This document shows positions 37,586 through 50,799 of a DNA stretch of 64,000 nucleotides, piece after piece. Under the pieces are notes generated by a model that was given only the letters and a program-made list of their open reading frames with translations, was not told where the DNA came from and ran no database searches. This DNA comes from Scyliorhinus canicula (taxonomy: Eukaryota). The translations under genes and the position numbers were made by a program. The stretch lies in contig NC_052149.1 of NCBI RefSeq assembly GCF_902713615.1, positions 126,855,256 through 126,919,255 on the forward strand, in the 5' to 3' direction. Position 1 is the stretch's first letter. Each line of letters opens with the position of its first letter.

Positions 37586-39024
37586 TGTTCTTGAAAATAC
37601 AGAAAAATGTGTCATTTGAAACATGGAAGTCTGGCAATATCTGGTTTGAGAGGGTACAGGGAAAGATCCCACAAAAGGTTAATAGCAGCTGCAAAGAGCA
37701 GGGTTATAAAATGCAGATTCTTGCTCACAAGCAGATTTCGCAGACACACAGGTTTCATGTGGTAAGCTAAAACAATGGCTCACACCTTCATGGAATGTAA
37801 CTATCTCAGGAAGCATCTGAAAAAGCATGGATGAGAGTTTCAATTGCATTTAGTGACGAATGTTTAAAACAGGCAAGTCTTTCAAGTCATAACCAAGTTA
37901 AATTTTAGCATACAGCTAAAAGCAAAGTTTCACACCTTAATTGAAATAAACTCTCTTAGTAAACAGCTGGAAAGGATGGAAGATGCCCAGTCAAATTTGG
38001 TGTCAATTTTAAAGTGTAAAATTCTACGAACATCAAGTCAATTAAAAGAAATTGGAGACGACCTGTCTACGAGAAACATCATTTAAGTCAAAATCAAAGG
38101 CAAAGTTATGAGCTGGGGACAATTGGAAAATTAAACGATTCGAAATCACAGAAATAAAAGTTAACTATTGAAACCAAAGCATTTTTTAATCAGATCTGAG
38201 AGGAGACGATATGCCCAAAATGAATAATTAGTTGTAGTAAGATGTTTACATCAAAGATACTTTTAAACTATCAAAGTGAAACAAGCCCATTTACAAAAAG
38301 TCGTTAAAACTTAATAACTCTCAGAAAGAGAATATAAACCCAGGGAGCAGCAGAGGACAGGACAGAGGAAAACAGCAACAGGAGAGAAGGAGAGGAGAAC
38401 TCAGAGAGAGAGAGAGAGAGAGCTCGGTCATGGGAAAGACAAGGCAAGCAGCCGAGTTTAAACAGTTATACATCTAAGGAAGACTAGAATTTAAACAGGA
38501 GTCAGAGTCAGCTTAGAGATAGCTAGCAGAGTTAGCTCTTATAGCTCAGTACATGGATCAACAAGACACAGCAACAGAGCTAACTAGCGAATACATCCCA
38601 AGAAGAACAGAATTTAAAGAAGATTGAGTGTCGTGGGCCTGAAGGTCTCTACAACTAACCAGCAGCAGCCAGAATCAAGATCTTTTTTCCTTTCTGTAAA
38701 GAAAGTGTTTGCAGCTTTTAAAAGAAAAAATTATAATAATAAAATAACTTAACTTAACCTGAAAAAGTGGTTATTAGCTTACTTCACTTCCTTAATAATG
38801 CAGGACCCAGGACATCGATGCTATTAAGGGGTAAGTAGGTAAATTTCGTCGGTGAAGGTATGCGTTATACCGGGGGATAACTTGAAAAGATAGTTTGACC
38901 TGAATAGCACCCACAGAAGCCTGCATTGGAGTCAGGGAGTGAGAATCCCGGTTCACCATTTAGAATATCAACCTTTTTTTTGGTATAGGGGGAATTCTAA
39001 GAATAGTGGTGAGTTTTAACTTCA
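37586..39024 (+). mobile_element. Solo LTR copy 2 (1439 bp)
   Basis: Near-identical to copy 1, with the same flanking satellite variants. Confidence 0.75.
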
Positions 39025-40351
39025 CTATCACCCTACCCACCTACCCACCCTACCCAGCTATCACCCTACCCAGCTAACACACTACCCAGCTATCACCCTA
39101 CCCAGCTATCACCCTGCCCAGCTATCACCCTACCCAGCTATCACCCTACCCAGCTATCACCCTGCCCAGCTATCACCCTACCCAGCTATCACCCTACCCA
39201 GCTATCACCCTACCCAGCTATCACCCTACCCAGCTATCAACCTACCCAGCTATCACCCTACCCAGCTATCACCCTACCCAGCTATCACCCTACCCAGCTA
39301 TCATCCTACCCAGCTATCACCCTACCCAGCTATCACCCTACCCAGCTACTCACCCTACCCAGCTATCACCCTGCCCAGCTATCACCCTACCCAGCTATCA
39401 CCCTACCCAGCTATCACCCTACCCAGCTGTCACCCTTCCCAGCTCTCATCCTACCCAGCTATCACACTACCCAGCTATCACCCTACCCAGCTATCACCCT
39501 ACCCAGCTACCCACTATACCCAGCTATCACCCTACCCAGCTATCACCCTACCCAGCTACCCACTCTACCCAGCTATCACCCTACCCAGCTATCACCCTAC
39601 CCAGCTATCACCCTACCCAGCTACCCACTATACCCAGCTATCACCCTACCCAGCTATCACCCTACCCAGCTACCCACTCTACCCAGCTATCACCCTACCC
39701 AGCTATCACCCTACCCAGCTATCACCCTACCCAGCTATCACCCTACCCAGCTATCACCCTACCCAGCTATCACCCTACCCAGCTATCAACCTACCCAGCT
39801 ATCACCCTACCCAGCTATCAACCTACCCAGCTATCACCCTACCCAGCTATCACCCTACCCAGCTATCACCCTACCCAGCTGTCACCCTACCCAGCTATCA
39901 TCCTACCCAGCTATCACACTACCCAGCTATCACCCTACCCAGCTATCACCCTACCCAGCTACCCACTATACCCAGCTATTACCCTACCCAGCTATCACCC
40001 TACCCAGCTACCCACTCTACCCAGCTATCACCCTACCCAGCTATCACCCTACCCAGCTATCACCCTACCCAGCTACCCACCCTACCCAGCTATCACCCTA
40101 CCCAGCTATCACCCTACCCAGCTATCACCCTACCCAGCTATCACCCTACCCAGCTATCACCCTACCCAGCTATCACACTACCCAGCTATCGCCCTACCCA
40201 GCTATCACCCTACCCAGCGATCACCCTACACAGCTATCACCCTACCCTGCTATCACCCTACACAGATATCACCCTACCCAGCTATCACCCTACCCAGCTA
40301 ATACCCTACCCAGCTACCCACCCAACCCAGCTACCCACCCTACCCAGCTAT

Positions 40352-41795
40352 TGTTCTTGAAAATACAGAAAAATGTGTCATTTGAAACATGGAAGTCTGG
40401 CAATATCTGGTTTGAGAGGGTACAGGGAAAGATCCCACAAAAGGTTAATAGCAGCTGCAAAGAGCAGGGTTATAAAATGCAGATTCTTGCTCACAAGCAG
40501 ATTTCGCAGACACACAGGTTTCATGTGGTAAGCTAAAACAATGGCTCACACCTTCATGGAATGTAACTATCTCAGGAAGCATCTGAAAAAGCATGGATGA
40601 GAGTTTCAATTGCATTAAGTGACGAATGTTTAAAACAGGCAAGTCTTTCAAGTCATAACCAAGTTAAATTTTAGCATACAGCTAAAAGCAAAGTTTCACA
40701 CCTTAATTGAAATAAACTCTCTTAGTAAACAGCTGGAAAGGATGGAAGATGCCCAGTCAAATTTGGTGTCAATTTTAAGTGTAAAATTCTACGAACATCA
40801 AGTCAATTAAATGAAATTGGAGACGACCTGTCTACGAGAAACATCATTTAAGTCAAAATCAAAGGCAAAGTTATGAGCTGGGGACAATTGGAAAATTAAA
40901 CGATTCGAAATCACAGAAATAAAAGTTAACTATTGAAACCAAAGCATTTTTTAATCAGATCTGAGAGGAGACGATATGCCCAAAATGAATAATTAGTTGT
41001 AGTAAGATGTTTACATCAAAGATACTTTTAAACTATCAAAGTGAAACAAGCCCATTTACAATAAAGTCGTTAAAACTTAATAACTCTCAGAAAGAGAATA
41101 TAAACCCAGGGAGCAGCAGAGGACAGGACAGAGGAAAACAGCAACAGGAGAGAAGGGGAGGAGAACTCAGAGAGAGAGAGAGAGAGAGAGAGCTCGGTCA
41201 TGGGAAAGACAAGGCAAGCAGCCGAGTTTAAACAGTTATACATCTAAGGAAGACTAGAATTTAAACAGGAGTCAGAGTCAGCGTAGAGATAGCTAGCAGA
41301 GTTAGCTCTTGTAGCTCAGTACATGGATCAACAAGACACAGCAACAGAGCTAACTAGCGAATACATCCCAAGAAGACCAGAATTTAAAGAAGATTGAGTG
41401 TTCGTGGGCCTGAAGGTCTCTACAACTAACCAGCAGCAGCCAGAAGCAAGATCTTATTTCCTTTCTGTAAAGAAAGTGTTTGCAGCTTTTAAAAGAAAAA
41501 ATTATAATAATAAAATAACTTAACTTAACCTGAAAAAGTGGTTATTAGCTTACTTCACTTCCTTAATAACGCAGGACCCAGGACATCGATGCTATTAAGG
41601 GGTAAGTAGGTAAATTTCTTCGGTGAAGGTATGGGTTATACCGGGGGATAACTTGAAAAGATAGTTTGACCTGAATAGCACCCACAGAAGCCTGCATTGG
41701 AGTCAGGGAGTGAGAATCCCGGTTCACCATTTAGAATAACAACCTTTTTTTTGGTATAGGGGGAATTTTAAGAATAGTGGTGAGTTTTAACTTCA
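40352..41795 (+). mobile_element. Solo LTR copy 3 (1444 bp)
   Basis: Near-identical to copies 1 and 2; longer (GA)n; right flank reads CTCC instead of CTAT. Confidence 0.75.
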
Positions 41796-44419
41796 CTCCC
41801 ACCCTACCCACCCTACCCAGCTATCACCCTACCCAGCTAACACACTACCCAGCTATCACCCTACCCAGCTATCACCCTACCCAGCTACCACCCAACCCAG
41901 CTATCACCCTGCCCAGCTATCACCATCCCCAGCTATCACACTACCCAGCTATCACACTACCCAGCTATCACCCTACCCAGCTATCACCCTACCCAGCTAA
42001 CACACTACCCAGCTATCACACTACCCAGCTATCACACTACCCAGCTACCCACCCTACCCAGCTATCACCCTACCCAGCTACCCACCCTACCCAGCTATCA
42101 CCCTACCCAGCTATCACCCTACCCCAGCTATCACCCTGCCCAGCTATCAGCCTACCCAGCTATCACCCTACCCAGCTATCACCGTACCCAGCTATCACCC
42201 TACCCAGCTATCACCCTACCCACCTACCCACCCTACCCAGCTATCACCCTACCCAGCTATCACCCTACCCAGCTATCACCCTACCCAGCTAACCACCCTA
42301 CCCAGCTATCACCCTACCCCAGCTATCACCCTGCCCAGCTATCAGCCTACCCAGCTATAACCCTACCCAGCTATCACCGTACCCAGCTATCACCCTACCC
42401 AGCTATCACCCTACCCACCTACCCACCCTACCCAGCTATCACCCTACCCAGCTATCACCCTACCCAGCTATCACCCTACCCAGCTATCACCCTACCCAGC
42501 TACCCACCCTACCCAGCTATCACCCTACCCAGCTACCCACCCTACCAAGCTATCACCCTACCCAGCTATCACCCTACCCATCTATCACCCTACCCAGCTA
42601 CTCACCCTACCCAGCTATCACCCTACCCAGCTATCACCCTACCCAGCTATCACCCTACCCATCTATCACCCTACCCAGCTACTCACCCTACCCAGCTATC
42701 ACCCTACCCAGCTATCACCCTACCCAGCTACCCACCCTACCCAGATATCACACTACCCAGCTATCACCCTACCCAGCTATCACCCTATACAGCTATCACC
42801 CTACCCAGCTATCACCCTACCCAGCTATCAGCCTACCCAGCTACCCACCCTACCCACCCTACCCAGCTGTCACCCTACCCAGCTACCCACCCTACCCAGC
42901 TATCACCCTACCCAGCTACCCACCCTACCCAGCTATCACCCTACCCAGCTATCACTCTACCCAGCTATCGCCCTACCCAGCTATCACCCTACCCAGCTAT
43001 CACCATACCCAGCTATCACCCTACCCAGCTATTACCCTACCCAGCTATCACACTACACAGCTATCACCCTACCCAGCTATCACCCTACCCAGCTACCCAC
43101 CCTACCCAGCTATCACCCTACCCAGCTATCACCCTACCCAGCTATCACCCTACCCAGCTACCCACCTTACCCCGCAATCATCCTACCCAGCTACCCACCC
43201 TTCCCAGCTATCACTCTACCCAGCTATCACACTACCCAGCTATCACCCTACCCAGCTATCACCCTACCCAGCTATCACCCTACCCAGCTATCACCCTACC
43301 CAGCTATCACCCTACCCAGCTATCACACTACCCAGCTATCACCCTACCCAGCTACCCACCCTACCCAGCTATCACTCTACCCAGCTATCACACTACCCAG
43401 CTATCACCCTACCCAGCTATCACCCTACCCAGCTACCCACCCTACCCAGCTACCCACCCTACCCAGCTATCACCCTACCCAGCTATCACCCTACCCAGCT
43501 ATCACACTACCCAGCTATCACCCCACCCAGCTACCCACCCTACCCAGCTATTACCCTACCCAGCTATCACCCTACCCAGTTATCACCCTACCCAGCTATC
43601 ACTACCCAGCTATCACACTTCCCAGCTATCACCCTACCCAGCTATCACCCTACCCAGCTATCACCCTACCCAGCTAACACCCTACCCGGCAATCACCCTA
43701 CCCAGCTATCACCCTACCCAGCTATCACCCTACCCAGCTATCACCCTACCCAGCTACCCACCCTACCCAGATATCACACTACCCAGCTATCACCCTACCC
43801 AGCTATCACCCTACCCAGCTATCACCCTACCCAGGTATCACCCTACCCAGCTATCACCCTACCCAGCTACCCACCCTACCCAGCTATCACCCTACCCAGC
43901 TACCCACCCTACCCAGCTATCACCCTACCCAGCTATCACCCTACCCAGCTATCACCCTACCCAGCTATCACCCTACCCAGCTTCCGCCCGACCCACCAGG
44001 CACCCTCCCACCTACCACCCTACCCAGCAATCACCCGACCCATCTACCCACCCGACCCAGCTATCACCCGACCCAGCTATCACCCTTCCCAGCTATCACC
44101 CTACCCATCTACCCACCCGACCCAGTTATCACCCTACCCATCTACCCACCCTACCCAGCTGTCACCCTACCCAGCTATCATCCTTCCCACCTACCACCCT
44201 ATCCAGCCATCACCCGACCCAGCTACCACCCTACTCAGCTATTAGAATACCCAGCTATCACCCTTCTCTCTTACCACCTTACCCACCTCCCTACCCTTCT
44301 CACTTACCTCACTCATGTCCCCACCCTCCTCACTTACCTCACGCACCTCCCCACTTGCACACCCTCACACACCCATTGACTCAGACACTCGAACACACTG
44401 AGCAGCTTTGTGATCTTTA

Positions 44420-46720
44420 AACTTACCAGAATATGGCAGCTATCGGTGTAAAAAGGGCAGGTGGTGGCTCTGTGGTATTATCACTGGACCAGTAATCCAG
44501 AGAGCTCAGGCTAATGCTCCCACTGGCAGGACCCACCAGAGGCACAGTGACTGCCGGGAGGGAGTTACCCTGGGAGTCCTGAACATCAACGCAGGACACC
44601 ATGAAATGCCATGGCATCAGGTCAAACCCAGACATGGAAACCTCATGTTGATTACCACGTACCGTCAAACCCTTAACTGATGAATCATTACTCCTCCATG
44701 TTGAACACCACTTGGAGGAAGCACTGAGGGTGGCAAGGGCACAGAATATACTCTGGATGTGGGACTTCAATGTCCATCGCCAAGAGTCGCTCAGTAGTAC
44801 CACCACAGACCGAGCTGGCCGGAGTCATAAAGGACATAGCTGCTCGACTGGGACTGCAGCAGGTGGTGAGGGAACCAACAAGAGGGAAAATCATACTTGA
44901 CCTCATCCTCACCAACCTGCCTGCCACAGATACATCTGTCCGTGGCAGCATCAATAGGAGAGAGCACCGCACAGTCCTTGTGGGGATAAAGTCCCATCTT
45001 CACATTGAGGATATCCTCCATCATGTTCTGTGACACTATCACCGTACTAAATGGGATAGACTTTGAACAGATCCAGAAACTCAAGACTGGGCATCCATGA
45101 GGTGCTGTGGGTCATCATCAGCAGCAGAATTGGACTCAACCACAAACTGCAACCTCATGACTGCATATCCCCCACTCTACCATTCCCACCAACCCAGGGG
45201 ATCAACCCTGGTTTAAGGAAGAGTGCAGGAGTGCATGCCAGGAACAACACCAGGCATACCGAAAAATGAGGTGTCAACATCCTAAACCTACAACACAGGA
45301 TTACCTGCCTGCCAAACAGCATAAGCAACAAGTATTAGACAGAGCTCAGCAATAGATCCATAACCAACAGGTCAGATCTAAGCTCTGCAGTCCTTCCACA
45401 TCCAGCCATGAATGGTGGTGGACAATTAAACAACTCACTGGGGTAGGAGGCTCCACAAAGATCCCCATCCTCAATGATGGGGGAGCCCAACACATAAGTG
45501 CAAACAATAAGGCTGAAGCAGTCATAAAAATCTTCAACCAGAAACACTGAGTGGATGATCCATCTGGGTCTCCTCCGTAGGTCTTCAGCATCACCGATAT
45601 CAGTCTTCAGCCAGTTTGATTCAGTCCACGTGATATGAAGAAACAGCTGAAGGCTCTGGATGCTGCAAAGCCTATGGGTCCTGACAACATCCCAGCAATA
45701 GTACTGAAGACGTGTGCCCCAGAACGTGCTTCACGCCTAGCCAAGCTGTTCCAGTACAGCTACAACACTGCCATCTACCCGACAATGTGGAAAGTTGCCC
45801 AGGTGTGTCCAGTACACAGGAAACAGGACAAATACAACCCAGCTAATTATCACCCAGTCATTCTGCTCTCAGTCATTAGGAAAGTGATGGAAGGTGTCAT
45901 CAACAGTGTTATCAGCGGCTCTTAGCAATAATCTGCTCACTGATACTCAGTTTGGGTTTCACGAGGGTCACTCAGCTCCTGAACTCATTCCAGCCTTGGT
46001 TCAAACATAGACAAAGGTGCTAAACTCTCGAGGTGAGGTGAGAGTGACTGCCCTTGACCAAGTTTGGCATCAAGGAACCCAAGCAAAACTGGACTCAATG
46101 GGAAGCAGTGGGAAAAGTCTCTCCTGATTGGAGAGATTGGCACAAAGGTGGATGGTTGTGGTTGTTGGAGGTCAATCATTTCAGTTCCAGGACATCACTG
46201 CAGGAGTTCCTCAGAGTAGTGACCTAGGCCCAACCATCTTCTGTTGCTTCATCAATTACCTTCCTTCAATCATAACGCCAGAGGTGGGGATGTTCCCGAA
46301 TGACTGCACAAAGTTCAGCACCATTCACGACTTCTCAGATACTGAAACCATCCCTGTGTAAATGCAGCAAGACCTAGACAATATCCAGGCTTGGGCTGAA
46401 AAGTGGCAAGTAACATTTGCATCAAACATGTGCCAGACAATGGCCATCACCAACAAGAATGAATCTAACTGCTGCCCCTTTCAATGTCATTACCATTGCT
46501 GAATGCCCCATTTTCAACATCCTGGGGGTTATCATTGAGCAGAAACTGAACTGGACCATCCATATCAATACTGTGCTTAACAAAACTCATCAAAGGCTGG
46601 GAATCCTACGGCGAGTAACTAACCTCCTGACTCCCCAAACCCTGTCCACCATGTACAAGACACAAGTCAGGAGTGTGATGGAATACTCTCCACTTGCCTG
46701 GATGAGTGCAGCTCCAACCA
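44420..46720 (+). mobile_element. Decayed CR1-like LINE ORF2 (APE + RT); same-family fragments at 1-380 (-), 32030-32460 (-), 60140-60620 (+)
   Basis: IWMWDFN-like, KPMGPDNIP, YHPVILLS, GVPQSSDLGP and degenerate FADD motifs in the ORF track. Confidence 0.8.
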
Positions 46721-46949
46721 CCCTCACCTTTATCTTTTCAGTGGTGGCAGCAACGGCAGGGTAAATTGCCGATTGTATGGGGATAGACAGCCGCGGTCTG
46801 AGATGATGGCACATTTCAGAAAGTGCGTGAGTGTCCTGGAGGGTATTTTCAAATTGGATTAAATTGTCAGTCATTTTTTAAGCAAGGGAAGGGACCTGTT
46901 TGATTTATTTAATTTTTTAATAAAATTTTAAATTTAAATAGTTTAGTCA

Positions 46950-48700
46950 TGACAGGCAAGCTCAAAGCTGTGTTATGTTCCTCCTGTTCTATGTGGGAAG
47001 CCAGGTACATTCCAGTGCCCGGGACCAGCATTTGTGCAGAAAGGCTGTCCAGCTATAGCTTCCGGAAGCTCGGATTTCATATCTGGAATGGTGGCTGGAG
47101 ATAGTGTGGAGCATCCTTGAGGCTGAGAGCATCATGGGTAGCACGCTCAGAGAGATGGTCACACCGCAGCTGAAGGGACTTGAAGATGGAAGGGAAAGGG
47201 TGAGCACCAGGCTGTCTATGATAAACAGGCAGGTAGTTCAGGAGTTCTCTGGAAGCTGATGAAGGTACTGGTTTCTCCAGGGAGTGAGTGAGTGCAGACA
47301 GAGTCAAACATCTGGCACCACAGGAGCCTGTATGTACAGGAGGGGAGGAAGAGATGAAGAGCAATAATAATAGGGGAACATATATCAGGGGAGAAGATAG
47401 GCATGACTGTGGCCATCAACCACTGTGACTCCTGAATGGTGAGTTGTCTCCCTGGTACCAGGGACTTGGATGTTGCTGCACGGCTGCAGGGAATCCTGAA
47501 TGGGGGGGAGATAAGGCAGAGGTCATGGTCCATCTTGGTCCCAATGATATCAGTAGAAAGAGCGGTGAGGTCTTACATCAAGAATTCAGGAAGCAAGGCA
47601 GTAGAATAAAAAGCTGGACCTCTCGAGTTGGGCAGTATGGTAGCACAGTGGGTAGCACTGTGTGCATCACAGCTCCAGGGTCCCAGGTTCGATTCCTGGC
47701 TTGGGTCACTGTTTGTGTGGAGCCTGCACGTTCTCCCTGTGTCTGAATGAGCTTCCTCCGGATGCTCCGGTTTCCTCCCACAAGTCCCGATAGATGTGCT
47801 GTTAGGTGATTTGGACATTCTGAATTCTCCCTCTGTGACCCAAACAGGCACCAGAGAGTGGCAACTAGGGGATTTTCACAGTAACTTCATTGCAGTGTTA
47901 ATGTAAGCCTACTTGTGACAATAAAGATTATTATTATTATTATTGTAATCTCTGGATTACTCCCAGTGCCAGGTGCGAGTGAGCACAGAAATAGGAGAAT
48001 AATGCAGATTAACGTGTGGTTTAAGAGCTGGTGCAGGAGGGAGGGGTGTAAATTCCTAGATCACTGGGACCATTTGTGGGGAAAGTGGGACCTGTGCAAG
48101 CGGGACAGTCGACATCTCAACCACAGAGGGACTAGCATCCTTGTGGATGGGTTTGCACGTGCTGTTGGGAGGAGTTTAAAATAATTTGGCAAGGAGAGGG
48201 GATGACAGAATGTTAGCACAATAGGGACGCAGCATTATTCAGTAAAGCAATCGAGTCAGAGGCTATAGAACTTTATTGAATTTCAAGGGAGAAGGCAAGA
48301 CTGGATGGCATCTACTTTATTGCTAGGAGCATTACAGGTGAAGCGGATGAGTTAAGGGCGAGGATTAACACGTGGGGCTGGATTCTCCGCCCCGTTACAC
48401 CACATTTCTGTTTCACCCCACTGGCGGGATGCTCCGTTACGCCAGCTAAACAATGGGGTTTCCCATTGTGGGCAGCCCCACACCGTTGGGAAACCTCCGG
48501 GCTGCCGGCAAAATGAAGCATCCGCTGGCGGAGAATCCAGCCCGTGGAATTGTGATATAGTTGCCATCACGGAGATGTGGTTGAGGGAGGGGCAGGATTG
48601 GCAGCTGATATAAAATCTTCAGGCGAGACAGGGGTGGGGGTAAATGAGGAGGAGGCATTGCATTATTAGTTAAGCAGTCAGTTACTGCAGGAAGGACAAT
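46950..48700 (+). mobile_element. Decayed CR1 5' region (ORF1 esterase, start of APE), with a SINE at 47630-47945 and a MITE at 48375-48543
   Basis: VLCSSCSMW, HLGPNDIS and NVWFKSWCRREG match the CR1 at 20331-23695. Confidence 0.75.
48375..48543. mobile_element. Short Harbinger MITE with 3-bp GTG TSD
   Basis: GGGCTGGATTCTCCGCC / GGCGGAGAATCCAGCCC; removing it restores the CR1 coding sequence. Confidence 0.88.
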
Positions 48701-49789
48701 TTGGTGGGGAATCTGTTTTGACTCTGAAATTGTGGCGCGCGCCGGTTTCCAAATCGCAATTCTCCAGTGCCTCAACAGCAGCGTCATTGTGTTCCATTCC
48801 TCACTTAGAGAAAATGGCATTGGCATATCAGCGTGCCTGACCCGGTATTCTCCAGGACTCCGCGATTCTCCGCCTCCATCGGGGGGAGTTCCCGACGGCG
48901 ACGTTCACTTGAGCTTTTAAAAATTGTGAAACAGGCGCCGTGGCTGATGAGGGAGAGAGAGGGGTTCGGACCCGGAGAGGCGCCACCTCTTCAATGCCAG
49001 TTATGATGCTGGGGGAGGGGGTGGGCTGCACGATTGTCCTCAATACCTGGGCCCTCTAAAGCTGCGTACCTAGCCCCCTACTATATTTCCTATACACACA
49101 CGACTGCGTGGCAAAGTTTGGCTCCAACTCCATGTCCAGGTTTGCTGATGACACAACCATAGTGGGTCGGATCATCAACAACGATGACTCAGAGTAGAAG
49201 AGGGAGATAGAGAACCTCGTGGAGTGGTGCAATGACAACAAACTCTCCCTCAAAGTCAGTGAAACTGAAGAGTTGGTCATTGACTTCAGGAAGCGCAGTA
49301 TCATACACACCCCTGTCTGCATCAATGGTGTAGAGGTGGAGATGGTGTCGAGGTGGTTAACAGTTTCAAATTCCTAGGTGTGCACATCACCAATAATCTG
49401 TCCTGGTCCACCAATGTCGACGCTGTGACCAAGAAAGCACAACAGTGCCTATACTTTCTCAGGAAACAAAGGAAATTTGGCATATCCACATTAACTCTTC
49501 CCAATTTTTACAGAGGCACCATAGTAAGCATCCTATCTGGCAGCATCACAGCCTGGTGTGGCAACTGCTTGGCCCAACACCGTAAGAATCTACAGAGTCG
49601 TGAACACAGCCCAGTCCATCACACAAACCCACCTCCAATCCACTGACTCTGTCTACGCCTCCCACTGCATTGGGAAAGCGGGCAGCATAATCAAAGACCC
49701 CTCCCACCCGGCTTACTCACTCTTCCCACTTCTTCCATCGACCAGGAGATACAAAAGTCTGAGAACACGCACATAACAGGTTCAAAAAC

Positions 49790-50002
49790 CATGATGTGGA
49801 GATGCCGGCGTTGGATTGGGGTGAGCACAGTAAGAAGTCTTACAACACCAGGTTAAAGTCCAACAGGTTTGTTTCAAACACGAGCTTTCGGAGCACTGCT
49901 CCTTCCTTAAGTGAATCACCTGAGGAAGGAGCAGTGCTCCGAAAGCTAGTGTTTGAAAGAAACCTGTTGGACTTTTACCTGGTGTTGGAAGACTTCTTAC
50001 TG
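49790..50002. mobile_element. Penelope-derived palindromic insertion with 11-bp TSD
   Basis: TSD ggttcaaaaac (49779-49789 / 50003-50013); 85-bp inverted arms at 49829-50001 with a 3-nt loop. Confidence 0.75.
49917..49951 (+). ncRNA. Minimal type-I hammerhead ribozyme motif
   Basis: CAC-CUGAGGA-A-GGAGC(AGU)GCUCC-GAA-AGCU-A-GUG: intact core, stem II, palindromic stem III and short stem I. Confidence 0.7.
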
Positions 50003-50799
50003 GGTTCAAAAACAGCTTCTTCCCCGCTGTTACCCGACTCCTGAATGACCCTCTTATGGACTGATCTGATCTCTTCACACATCTTCTCGACTGAGTAGTA
50101 CTACACTCCTGTATGCTTCATCCAATGCCGGTAGCTATGTATTTACATTGTTTTTTTTCATGAATGGAATGATTTGTCTGGACTATGCGCAGAACAATAC
50201 GTTTCACTGTACCTCGATACACGTGACAATAAAACAAATCCAAACCCAAGGATGGAGTGCTGGCCACACAACAGGCCGAGGAGGAGGAGGAGGTGCAAAG
50301 GAGGTGCCACATGGGGCCTCATGTGTACCGGCAGCACCTGACATTCGAGGAACTGCCGGACCAGGCATGCTGTCGAAGTCTCCGGGTGATCAGGGGACAG
50401 TGCGGAATTTCTGCCAGATCATGATGCTCCAGGCACCATCAATAGGAGAGGACACCCAGTGGTTGTCAAGGTGACGGTCGCCCTGTACCTTTACGCCATG
50501 GGGTGCTTCCAGGCGACGAGTGGGATCCAGTCTGGGATCTCAGAGAGCTCGGTACAAAGGTACATCCGCGTTGTCAGGGAGGCCCTATATCCACAGAAGC
50601 AACAATATATCCATTTCAATGTGGCCCATGCCCACCACGATACATCGCCGGGATACCCCGGGTCAAGGAGAGATCAATGGGGTGCATGTCCTCCTGCGAA
50701 TATTTGCAGATGACAGGCCGATCTACACAAACCGAAAGGGGATCCACTCGATGACCATGCAGCTGGCGTGTAACCATCAGCTGCGCATCAGACACAGCT

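Larger units (their letters stand above)
32495..44290. repeat. 16/17-bp strand-asymmetric satellite (cccagctatcacccta)n, ~7.5 kb of repeat in four blocks
   Basis: Direct periodicity. The minus strand reads GGGTAGGGTGATAGCTGGG. About 460 units estimated from length. Confidence 0.97.
49055..50235 (+). mobile_element. Rex1/Babar-like LINE 3' fragment
   Basis: SPLLY.LYTHDC...RFADDTTIVG...LVIDFRK; 3' end gtgacaataaaacaaatccaaa. Confidence 0.8.

Noticed and set aside
34162-41795. Intact LTR retrotransposon or TRIM with the satellite as internal domain
   Set aside because: No PBS or PPT was recognised, the satellite also lies outside the outer LTRs, and identical flanks at each copy indicate tandem duplication of one insertion.
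32490-42292. Long Pro/Tyr-rich ORFs (32490-33404, 41777-42292) and ORFs over the 36-, 48- and 54-bp arrays as real proteins
   Set aside because: They are stop-free translations of tandem repeats, with no splice, promoter or homology support.
32495-44290. Interstitial telomeric repeat
   Set aside because: It contains CCCTA but not (CCCTAA)n runs, and the period is 16-17 bp, not 6.
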